Below are positions 17,985-27,310 of a DNA stretch of 64,000 bases, piece by piece. Below the pieces are notes generated by a model. That model was not told where the DNA came from and did no database searches. It was given only the letters and a program-made list of their open reading frames with translations. The position numbers and the translations under genes are program-made. The DNA is taken from NCBI GenBank assembly GCA_963804995.1, contig CAWDSK010000005.1, positions 352,001 through 416,000 on the forward strand. The letters run 5' to 3'. This DNA is from an uncultured Acidobacteriota bacterium. GTDB taxonomy: Bacteria; Acidobacteriota; Terriglobia; UBA7540. How positions within the stretch are numbered: the stretch's first letter is position 1; the number at the start of each line of letters is the position of its first letter.

Positions 17985-20764
17985 ATGCCACTCCTGGGAA
18001 AGTTCATCGCCGGCTTGCGCGCGCTGTTCCATAAGCAAGAAGTGGAACAGGAGATGGACGAAGAGTTGCGCGGTTTTCTGGACGACGCGGCTAAAGAGAA
18101 AATGCGCTCGGGAATGAGCCAGGCCGATGCCCGGCGCGCCGCGCGCGTGGAAATGGGCAGCCTGGACGCAGTGAAGGAAGAAATCCGCAGCAGCGGGTGG
18201 GAAGCCATCGTCGAAACATTCTGGCAAGATCTTCGCTATAGCCTCTGCCAACTCAAGCGAAATCGCGGTTTCACGGCTGCGGTGGTCCTCACCATGGCTC
18301 TCTGTATCGGCGCGAACACCGCTGTTTTCACTTTGGTCAATGCCGTGATGTTTAAACTGCTGCCGGTGCGAGATCCCCAACAACTTGTCCTGCTGTGTTG
18401 GTGGAACCCGAGCAGGTCTTTTGACATTAACAATAGCGGGTTTGGCATGTTAGATGCCCAGGGGCGTCAGGTAGGCGTGTCGTTTGCCTTTCCTCTCATC
18501 GAACAGCTCCGTGCGCAAAAGCAAGCATTCTCCAACGTGTTCGGATTCGTGCCGCTTGGATGGACCAGCGAAAGTCTTAATGTAAGCGTTGACGGCCAGG
18601 CAAGCATGGCGGACGGAGCCATGGTCACGGGCGATTATTTTTCGGGTTTGGGGGTCTTGCCGGTATTGGGCCGCATGATTACCGATACAGACCTGAAAGA
18701 AAGCGCCCCACGAGCGGCTGTAATCAGCTACAGCTATTGGACGCGACGATTCGGGCGTAATCCTTCGGCAGTTGGGAAGGCGGTCTTCATCAACTCCGTC
18801 GCATTCACGGTGGTAGGCGTTGCGCCACCTGAATTCTTTGGCGTCCAACCCGGGCACGCACCCGACATTTGGGTTCCGATGGTACAGGAGGCGGGGATTG
18901 GCCCTTGGGGGTTGGCGCCCCCCACGAGTCGCAAAATGTGGACGACGCCGGACTGGTGGTGGGTGATGGTCCTGGCGCGTCTCCAGCCCGGAGTCACCGA
19001 ACAGCAAGCGCTCAGTGCAGCTCAGGTGCCGTTTCTCCAAAGTGCCGCGTCCGTCGCGAAGACGCCTTTCAAACCCAACGAAGCGCCCCAGGTTGAATTC
19101 CTACCCGTAAGTCGGGGCCTTGATACGTTACGCTGGGAGTACTCCAAGCCCCTGCTGGTCCTGATGACCGTCGTCAGCCTTGTTCTCCTGATTGCGTGCG
19201 CGAACATCGCCACGCTGCTGCTCGCCCGCGCGGCGGCCCGCCACCGGGAGATTGGAGTTCGACTAACCCTTGGCGCCTCACGCTTCCGGCTAATTCGACA
19301 ACTCCTCACGGAGAGCCTCCTGCTTTCAGTGATCGGAGGCGCGGCAGGATTCCTTCTTGCCTACTGGGGGAGTCGTGCGCTTCTGCTCATGATGTCGGGG
19401 GGCACGCTGACGGCAGGGGCTCGAAGATACGCCCGGACCTGGCGGTGCTCGGCTTCTCGGCGGGGGTCTCAGTATTCACGGGAATTCTGTTCGGTCTTGC
19501 ACCGGCCATGCGCGCCACCCGGATTGATGTGGCGTCCAGCTTGAAAGAAACTGCCGGCGCCATTGCGGGGGTAGGAAGTCGTCTGCGGGGAGGAAAGGCA
19601 CTGGTGGTTCTTCAGGTGGGGCTCAGCCTCTTACTCCTCGTCGGGGCCGGGTTGTTTGTGCGAACCCTCACCAACCTGGAAAATCAGGATCTCGGCTTCA
19701 ATCCCCAAAACCTGCTCGTCTTCACTCTCGATCCCACAAAAAGCGGCTATGAGGGCCAACGAGCGGTGGATCTCTTTGCCAATGTGCGTGACCGTTTACG
19801 GTACCTGCCGGGAGTCCAAGCGGTCACACTTTCTGAATCGGGCCTCCTTACCGGTTGGGGGAGTGACTGGCCAATCTCCCCTGAGGGCTACCAGCCTAAG
19901 CCGGGTCAGGGAAGAAACATCGAAGCCCAATACGTCGGTGCGGATTTCTGCCGGACGATGGATGTCAAGCTCGTGCTAGGCCGGAGCATCGATGATCGCG
20001 ACACCGCGAACTCTCCAAAGGTTGCCCTCGTAAACGAAAACCTTGCGCACTTCTATTTTGGCGACTCGAATCCTGTCGGCAGACGTTTCAGCGAGGGTGA
20101 AACTTATGATCCGAAGAAGGCCATGGAGATTGTCGGTGTGGTTCGGAATTTCAAGTACCGGAGCCTTAGAAGCACTGATTCCCGGACCGCGTATCTTCCC
20201 TACACGCAGCAGGAGGGAGGGGCGGGCGCCATGCATTTTGAAGTTCGCAGCGTGGGGGATCCCCTGGCCTTAACCTCCGCGGTGCGAGGCGCCATCCGCG
20301 GAATCGATTCAAGTTTGGCGTTGGCCGATGTGAAGACGCAAACTCAAATGATGGCGGAAGCTTTAACGCAGGAGCGGCTGCTCGCGAAACTCTGCTCCTT
20401 CTTCGGCGTTCTCGCCCTGGCCCTGGCGACCATTGGCCTCTATGGATTGACGGCCTATTCCGTGGCGCGAAGAACTCATGAAATCGGTATTCGCATGGCT
20501 TTGGGCGCGCACCGGAGACAAATACTCCTGATGGTCTTGCGGCAGTCGGTGGTGCTGGTGGCCGCGGGCACGGTGGTCGGCCTGCTTGCAGCCGTGGCCT
20601 CGACGCGGCTGATCCGGAGTGAACTCTACGGGCTGAAGCCCACCGATCCGCTCACTCTGGCCTTGGCAGCCCTGTTCATGCTTGCCGTGGGAGCCGTCGC
20701 TGCCTACCTTCCCGCCCGCCGGGCGACGAAAGTCGATCCCATGGTGGCGTTGCGGTACGAATGA
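17985..20764 (+). CDS. Duplicated MacB/FtsX-type ABC permease (ADOP family), copy 2, frameshifted near 19420
   Basis: ORFs 17970-19544 and 19196-20764 give the N- and C-terminal halves, with the same signature motifs as copy 1. Confidence 0.9.
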
Positions 20765-20882
20765 TTGGCCGCAGAGTGCGGACGCGCAGCGTCTTGGACT
20801 GCGGTAGCAGCAGCTACCGCCTTTCCAATTCTCGATCTCATATCCTTCCCGCACGGGTCCCCGCTGCCAAGGCGGTAACTGC

Positions 20883-21028
20883 GTAGCGCGGACCTCCGCC
20901 GTTGAGGTCCGCGGTTCTTTGTGCGCCCATTGAGCGAATGTATCGTGGAGAAGCCGCCGCCTGGGTTTAGGCTTTGTAGATTTTTCAGATGAAGAGCCGC
21001 GGACCCCAAAACCGGGGGACCGCGCTAC
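20883..21028 (-). repeat. REP-doublet element family A, copy 5 (abuts a different palindrome pair at about 20796-20882)
   Basis: Near-identical to copy 4. The preceding GCGGTAGCAGCAGCTACCGCCTT...AAGGCGGTAACTGC doublet is cut off at the junction. Confidence 0.9.
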
Positions 21029-21200
21029 GAAACAGGTCCGCGGTTTGTTCCCCATCGATAGCAAAAACCCACGAACCTGAAGGACAGGTCCGACCTACTC
21101 GCCGCGTGGGATTCTTGTTGCGTTCTTACTATCCTATGCTAGCTTTCGGTGTTGCTTTCCACTCAGCCGGCTGATGGCCCGTGTGAACAAGGGAGGAGCA

Positions 21201-23123
21201 ATGAGAAGAAAGACCACGCCTAAAAGAAAGGCTGCGGCCGAGACCGCTGACCGCACCCTGGGAATGAATGCGCGAATCTGCCGCCGCGATTTTCTGAACT
21301 CTACCCTACTGGCCTCCGGAAGTGTGTTGCTGAAGTCGCTGACTCCCCGAGAGCTTCTGGCGCAGCAGCCGGGCTGGGGAGGGTATACGGGAGAAGGCGA
21401 TTACGCGGGCGCCAACGGACAAACGGAAGAAGTGATGCTGGCCGCGCATGCCGTGCGCGATGGGGTGTTTGACTCTCCCCCGACAACCGTGGCCGACACG
21501 GGCGAGGTCTTCGACTTGGTGATCGTGGGGGGAGGGATCAGCGGTCTGGCTTGCGCGCTGTTCTTTAAAGACCAGGCCTCGTCCCAGCAGACGTGTCTGG
21601 TGCTCGAAAACCATCCCATCTTCGGGGGCCAGGCGCGGCGCAACGAATTTGTTGTGGATGGTCACCGGCTGATGGCGCCGCAAGGCTCGAACATGTGCGG
21701 GGGCCCGGGACCCGGGCTGGTGGGAGAATTGTACACGCGCATTGGTGCGTTTACCGATGAGTTCAAATACCAGGAGTGGGGCGGACCTCCTCCGGCGATG
21801 CCCTTGGGCCGGACCAGTTATGACCACTTCCGGAAGTTTCCTTCGGTCCCGAGTTTCGGCTTCTGGTTTGGGCCGAAGTTTGGCCAGAATCCGGGAAAGT
21901 GGGTCGTTGATCCCTGGAATAATCTGGATCAACTTCCGTTGTCGCAGGAATTGCGGTCCGATTTCGCCAAATTTCTGAAGCTGGTCAACGAGTGGAACCA
22001 ATCAACCCACCACGCAACGGAAGAGGAGTTGCGCCGCTTCGATAACGCCACGATTGAGTCGATCGCGACCGAGCGCTACGGCCTGAGCCGCGAGTTTTGC
22101 CGCCTCTTTATGGGTTCCAATATCGCGGCCGGCTATGGGGTTGGACCCGATACCCTGACGGGTTACTGGTACCCGCTGATATTTGGCCTTGGCCCCGACA
22201 CCACGCCGGGGCGTAGTTTCCCCGGCGGCAACACGGGTGTGGCGCGGCATATCGTGAAGACCCTCATCCCGGATGTGATCCCCGGCCCGCGTACCCTCGA
22301 GGCGGTTTGCCGGAATCGCATCAACTTTGCCACCTTGGATCGCCCGGCCAATCAGGTGCGCATCCGCCTGCACTCGACGGTCGTGCGGGTGGAGCATGAA
22401 GGGGAGTCGGAGAAAGCTTCCTACGTCCGCGTGACGTACGCGCGCGACGGCAAGATCTACCGTCTGAAGGCCCGCACGGTGATTATGGCGGGAGGCGGCT
22501 GGATCACCAAGCATGTGGTGCGGGACCTGCCGGCTACGCATCGCGAGGCTTATGACCAATTTAATTATAATGCGACCTTGGTGGCTAACGTGGCCGTGCG
22601 CAACTGGCGCTTTCTCCACAAACTGGGCCTTTCCGGCGGACGCTGGTTTGATGGCTTCGGCTATTGGACGGAAGTGCGAGCCATCGCCACGATTGGCGGC
22701 GAATCGCCCACCATCGGACCGGACTCTCCCACTGTCCTCTCCCTCATCGTGCCGTTTTTTTATCCGGGCTTGCCACTGGCCGAACAGTGCAGCAAAGGTC
22801 GCGCGGAGTTGCTATCCACGTCGTTTCGCGATTTCGAGCGGAAGATCCGCGAGCAGTTTACCGATATGTTCGCGAGTTCCGGATTTGACGCGCGGCGGGA
22901 CATTACCGGAATCATCTTGAACCGTTGGGGGCATCATTATGTTGTGGCCCAACCCGGATTTACCTGGGGAGAAGACGGCAAACCCGCGCCGCGTGAAATC
23001 CTGCGCCGCGCCCCGTTCGGCAGGATTGCATTTGCCAACACGGACCTGGCAGCAGTCTCGGGTCACGTACAGGCGATAGGGGAGTCGCATCGTGCCACGA
23101 TGCAGATCCTGGCCCTCTTGTAG
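21201..23123 (+). CDS. FAD-dependent oxidoreductase, spermidine dehydrogenase-like, paralog 2
   Basis: Same motifs as 11541-13487. ATG 21201 follows GGAGGAG. Confidence 0.88.
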   Translation: MRRKTTPKRKAAAETADRTLGMNARICRRDFLNSTLLASGSVLLKSLTPRELLAQQPGWGGYTGEGDYAGANGQTEEVMLAAHAVRDGVFDSPPTTVADTGEVFDLVIVGGGISGLACALFFKDQASSQQTCLVLENHPIFGGQARRNEFVVDGHRLMAPQGSNMCGGPGPGLVGELYTRIGAFTDEFKYQEWGGPPPAMPLGRTSYDHFRKFPSVPSFGFWFGPKFGQNPGKWVVDPWNNLDQLPLSQELRSDFAKFLKLVNEWNQSTHHATEEELRRFDNATIESIATERYGLSREFCRLFMGSNIAAGYGVGPDTLTGYWYPLIFGLGPDTTPGRSFPGGNTGVARHIVKTLIPDVIPGPRTLEAVCRNRINFATLDRPANQVRIRLHSTVVRVEHEGESEKASYVRVTYARDGKIYRLKARTVIMAGGGWITKHVVRDLPATHREAYDQFNYNATLVANVAVRNWRFLHKLGLSGGRWFDGFGYWTEVRAIATIGGESPTIGPDSPTVLSLIVPFFYPGLPLAEQCSKGRAELLSTSFRDFERKIREQFTDMFASSGFDARRDITGIILNRWGHHYVVAQPGFTWGEDGKPAPREILRRAPFGRIAFANTDLAAVSGHVQAIGESHRATMQILALL

Positions 23124-23241
23124 CCGGCACATTCCTGGGCTTGGGCTTTTGCCCCTCTTAGCGTATGCTTGCCCGCCAGGTCAGTGGACCGGCAGGCGTA
23201 AAGCCTCAGCGATATAATAAAAGGAGGTTGAGCCCAACCTT

Positions 23242-24273
23242 ATGGGAAGCCTTCATCGCCGGACGTTCCTTGGCATCTTGGGGGCGAGCGTGCTTGATGC
23301 CGCACTTCCCGCCCTTGCCCAACCTCTGTCCCCCCAGCCTACCGCGAAACCTCTGCGCGGCATCTTTGCAATCGCCCAAACGCCCTTCACCAATTCCAAT
23401 CAACTCGACCTCAACGTGCTGGCTCGCGAGGTGGAGTTCATTGACCGGGGAGGCGTTCACGGTTTTGTATGGCCTCAGTTGGCAAGCGAGTATTCAACTC
23501 TCAGTAAGTCCGAGAGATTGGCAGGGGCGGAGGCGATAGTAGCGACAGGCAAACGGCTGCGGCCGGCGATGGTGATCGGGGTGCAAGCGCCGGAAGTTCG
23601 AACCGCGGTGGAGTATGCGCGGCACGCTGAGAAACTCGGCGCGGACGCGATCATTTCGCTTCCTCCTGACCATGCGGACAATGACGATGCGTTGCTCGCA
23701 TACTACAAAGAAGTGGGTGCAGCGACCGGACTTCCCCTGTTCGCGCAAACCATCGGCGACATGAGTGTGGCGCTCATCGTCCGCATGTTCAAGGAAGTCC
23801 CCACCCTGCGTTACGTCAAGGATGAAGCAGGGGGATCTCCGCTGGGGCGCATCGGCCCGCTGCGCGAGCAAACGTCAGACCAGCTCAAGGTGTTCACGGG
23901 CAATCACGGCCGAACCCTGATCGACGAGATGCAACGGGGCTCCTCAGGGAGCATGCCCGCCGCATCCCTTGCCGACATCTATGCAGGAGTGTGGGACGCC
24001 TGGCATTCCGGCCGGCGCCAGGAAGCCTTAGAACTCTTCCAAAAGGCAATGCTCTTTATCCCGGAGGTAGAGGCTTACGGCGTCGCGTCGTTGAAGTACC
24101 TGCTTTATTTGCGCGGAATCTTCACAACTTATGTGGCGCGTGAGAAGGATAGTAGCGCTCCGCTCGACGATTCCGCTAAGAAGACCCTGCGTGACCTGGC
24201 GAGGTTCGCCAACCCGTACTTCAAGTGTTGCGCCGTCGCCTCAGAACGGAACAAGGAAGGTTTACATGATTGA
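23242..24273 (+). CDS. Dihydrodipicolinate synthase family (class I aldolase) protein with Tat signal
   Basis: HRRTFLG leader; LRGIFAIAQTPF, GADAIISLPP, YYKEV and Schiff-base Lys in YVKDEAG. Confidence 0.85.
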   Translation: MGSLHRRTFLGILGASVLDAALPALAQPLSPQPTAKPLRGIFAIAQTPFTNSNQLDLNVLAREVEFIDRGGVHGFVWPQLASEYSTLSKSERLAGAEAIVATGKRLRPAMVIGVQAPEVRTAVEYARHAEKLGADAIISLPPDHADNDDALLAYYKEVGAATGLPLFAQTIGDMSVALIVRMFKEVPTLRYVKDEAGGSPLGRIGPLREQTSDQLKVFTGNHGRTLIDEMQRGSSGSMPAASLADIYAGVWDAWHSGRRQEALELFQKAMLFIPEVEAYGVASLKYLLYLRGIFTTYVAREKDSSAPLDDSAKKTLRDLARFANPYFKCCAVASERNKEGLHD

Positions 24274-25447
24274 ATCAAATGTTTCACGCCGCGCCTTCCT
24301 GGGGGGTACCGCGCTGGCTTCCGTCCTCTCCGCCGCAGCGGGAATCAAGCCCGCCGATCTCCCCAACCTGACCATTAAGGAAGTTAGAGCGCATATCACG
24401 GGTGCAGACGGCGACGGCTTGGCGTGCGTTGTGACCGAGAGCGGGATCGAAGGGAATTACACCCTCAGCCGCCGCTACTGGCATCCGGACTGGAATAACG
24501 AGGGGTGGGTTGAATACGCCAAGCGCGTGCTGGTGGGGAAAAGCGCCCTCGACCGTGGCAGCCTGACCTCCCAGTGGGACCCGGTCGCACGCCGCCGGGG
24601 GCAAAGTTCCTACGCCGCGGCCATTGACAATTGCCTGTGGGACATTGCCGGCAAGGCGGTGGGCCTCCCGGTTTATCAGATTCTCGGCGCCTACCGCCAC
24701 CGAGTGCTTGCCTACGCCAGCTCTCAGCACTTGAAAACGGTGGACGAGTTTGTGGAATCGGTTCAGAAATGCAAGGCGGAGGGCTTCAAGGCCTACAAGA
24801 TACACCCTCCGGAATTGCCTCCCAACGGGGGCAGCGATTACAAGCTGGACATGGAGGTATGTAAGGCTGTGCGCCAGGCCGCGGGAGACGCCTACATCCT
24901 CTTGATGGATCCGGTGGGAAACTATAGCCGGCGCGAGGCCCTGGCCGTCGGGCGCTTGCTCGACGAATTGCATTTCGTTGCCTTCGAAGACCCCCTGCCC
25001 ACCAAGGATATTGAAGGGCTGGCAGAACTGGCGCGCGCCTTGGATGTGCCGCTGCACATCGGCGAGTTCATTTTTTCCATTTACGACTATGCCGAATATA
25101 TCCGCCGGGGGGCGGTTGACGTTGTCCGGTTTCTGGTTGATAACGTGGGGGGCATTACCGGTGGTATGAAGATCGCGCACCTGGCGGAATGTTTTGGCAT
25201 GGAATGCGCGCCTCACAATTGGGGCGATACTCTGGAGCAGGCCGTGCACTTCCACTGCGAACTCGCCATGCCCAACAACCTCTTTTACGAAATGACTGTC
25301 CCGCAGGGTATTTTCGATCCCCCATATATCAAAGACCCTGTCCGCGTCTCTCCGGACGGTTACGTTTACGCCCCCACCAAGGCCGGACTAGGGTACGAGA
25401 TCGACCGCAACGCGCTCGATAAGATGACCCAGCGCGTCGAAAGGTGA
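24266..25447 (+). CDS. Mandelate racemase/muconate lactonizing (enolase superfamily) enzyme with Tat-like leader
   Basis: Start ATG 24266 (MIESNVSRRAFLGG); AAIDNCLWDIAGKAVGLPVYQILG, GFKAYKIH, LMDP, FEDPL, IGE, GGITG. Confidence 0.9.
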   Translation: MIESNVSRRAFLGGTALASVLSAAAGIKPADLPNLTIKEVRAHITGADGDGLACVVTESGIEGNYTLSRRYWHPDWNNEGWVEYAKRVLVGKSALDRGSLTSQWDPVARRRGQSSYAAAIDNCLWDIAGKAVGLPVYQILGAYRHRVLAYASSQHLKTVDEFVESVQKCKAEGFKAYKIHPPELPPNGGSDYKLDMEVCKAVRQAAGDAYILLMDPVGNYSRREALAVGRLLDELHFVAFEDPLPTKDIEGLAELARALDVPLHIGEFIFSIYDYAEYIRRGAVDVVRFLVDNVGGITGGMKIAHLAECFGMECAPHNWGDTLEQAVHFHCELAMPNNLFYEMTVPQGIFDPPYIKDPVRVSPDGYVYAPTKAGLGYEIDRNALDKMTQRVER

Positions 25448-25547
25448 CGGAAATGGAAGATAGCGCACCTGCCAGCCCGCCTGTAGCCGCGCCCTCCAGG
25501 GCTTGGTTTTTGGCTCTCCAGCAAGTGTCGCGCCCCGATGCATCGGG

Positions 25548-25668
25548 GCGGTTCTTCCTGTGCCATTTGAGCGAAGGTGTCGTGGCGAAGGAGCCGCCGC
25601 CCGGGTTTGAGATTTGTGGATTTTTCAGATGAAGAGCCGCGGACCCCAAAGACGGGAGACCACGCTAC
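25548..25668 (-). repeat. REP-doublet element family A, copy 6 (one arm replaced by the hairpin CGCCCCGATGCATCGGGGCG)
   Basis: Core and the GGACCCCAAAGACGGGAGACCACGCTAC arm match copies 4 and 5. Confidence 0.85.
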
Positions 25669-25727
25669 GAAACAGATCTACGCTTCTTCGTGCACCGTGG
25701 GAGCAAGCGTAGCGCAGGCCTTCGACA

Positions 25728-27281
25728 TTACGGCGTGGGCATATTACCGATCGTACCGGCCAACGGTTTCCAAATGCACGTGGTAATCGAAATGCCGGGT
25801 AAGCTGAGCGGAAGGGTTCGGCCTCCGTAGTCCACACGCACCTGGACATCGGTGGGCCGTGTATTCAACAATTGGACCACCCAATACCATCCACCCTCCG
25901 CTTCGGGAGAGAGAAAAGCCAGTACTTGAATCCCCGGGTAAGCACCATTCATATTGGCCCGCACCGCACCGGGCCGCACGAACTTGCTGAAATGCGCCAG
26001 ATAGTAATAGAGCCCGGTGTAATACACTTTCTTGGTCTGGCGGTTCACGACCACAACGGGCTGTTGCGCGTTTGGGTCGGGATCAAGGTGGACGGGTGAC
26101 ACCACCCAGGGCCCTCCCTGTTGGTCGAGGATCATATTCCAGTAGACCCAGGCGGAGGCCCCTGCCTGGATGTCGGAGAAAATCATGCTCCCCCAAAACG
26201 TTCCATCCGCGAAGGCGTACTGTGGCAAAGGTCTCGTCTGCTGCGCCGCGGCATCGTTGACGAAACACACTTCCGTCATCCACAGGGGCAGGTCGGGATA
26301 GGCTTGGCGGAGGCGCGCGATTTTATCGAATTCGCTTCGTTGCTGCAAATAATCATAGCCATGATAGGGGAGTGCCTTCACATATTGCCGGGCGTCAGGA
26401 TCATCCAGAACGGCCGGATAGTATTGGGAGGCTTGCGAGCGGGTTGGGGCCTCACCGAGCATGATCTGGCTCTTCACCCCGGCCTTTTCGAGAAGCGGGC
26501 CAACATGGTTCTTGAGCAGCTCACGTATCTCGGCGTATGAAATCGCGGTATATCCCCCGTAATCAATCCGTGGCTCGTTAAACAAACTCAGGTAGTCAAT
26601 TAACACGCCCTGCTTTTGGTATTCCTGGAGGTAGCGCAAGTAATAGTGGGCGAGGGCGTCATAATATTTCGGGTCGACGTCCTGATGCTTCTCCACATCC
26701 CTCAGCATCCAGTCCGGAGGATAATCCATCGGCGCTTGCAGCACGAATTTCCCATACTGGCGCGCGCGCTTGATGTAGGTGATGACGCCGTTCGGTCCCA
26801 GGTCCCGCTGAATTGAAAAATGCTTCATCTCCACGTCGCCCGGGGTGTCGTCGTAGGTGTAATACGGTCCCGCCGACATGAAATCCGTTCCCGCTATCGG
26901 AGTCTTCATCGCGGAAAAGCCTGCTCCTTTGACCGGATCAAAGAGCGAGCGAAGAACGGCCTCCTGATCGGCGGGGGGAAGATCCCTCAGGCAAATCATT
27001 CCGGCTTCCAGAAACGAGGCCCCGAATCCCTCCATCCTCTGGAGCATCACCCCCGTTTCGATGTTGTAAGCCGGCACGCTGCTGGTCCCTTGGGGTTGGA
27101 AATGAACCGCGGGCTTCAGGGTCAAGCGGTCTCCGGCTTGGGACGATACCACCACCTTTACTTCCTGTCCGAGCGCTGATCCCCAGCACCGGCTCGCCAG
27201 GAAAATGCCCAGCAGGCAGGTGCGGGCCCAACGGTTCACGCGAGGGAATGCAAATTCACGAGCAGGTGAATTCAGTGTCAC
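25728..27281 (-). CDS. Glycoside hydrolase family 30
   Basis: QRMEGFGAS, IAGTDF, SLFNEP (acid/base), LWMTEVC (nucleophile), WVYWNMILDQQGGP, YYLAHFSKFVRPGA. Confidence 0.9.
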   Translation of the reverse strand: MTLNSPAREFAFPRVNRWARTCLLGIFLASRCWGSALGQEVKVVVSSQAGDRLTLKPAVHFQPQGTSSVPAYNIETGVMLQRMEGFGASFLEAGMICLRDLPPADQEAVLRSLFDPVKGAGFSAMKTPIAGTDFMSAGPYYTYDDTPGDVEMKHFSIQRDLGPNGVITYIKRARQYGKFVLQAPMDYPPDWMLRDVEKHQDVDPKYYDALAHYYLRYLQEYQKQGVLIDYLSLFNEPRIDYGGYTAISYAEIRELLKNHVGPLLEKAGVKSQIMLGEAPTRSQASQYYPAVLDDPDARQYVKALPYHGYDYLQQRSEFDKIARLRQAYPDLPLWMTEVCFVNDAAAQQTRPLPQYAFADGTFWGSMIFSDIQAGASAWVYWNMILDQQGGPWVVSPVHLDPDPNAQQPVVVVNRQTKKVYYTGLYYYLAHFSKFVRPGAVRANMNGAYPGIQVLAFLSPEAEGGWYWVVQLLNTRPTDVQVRVDYGGRTLPLSLPGISITTCIWKPLAGTIGNMPTP

Positions 27282-27310
27282 ATCGTTCTCCTTTGCATAA
27301 ACACAGCCAC

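Noticed and set aside
12510..25649. Recurrent peptide MGSAALHLKNPQ... in several minus-strand ORFs
   Set aside because: It is only the translation of repeat family A. There is no RBS or consistent stop, so it is not a protein family.
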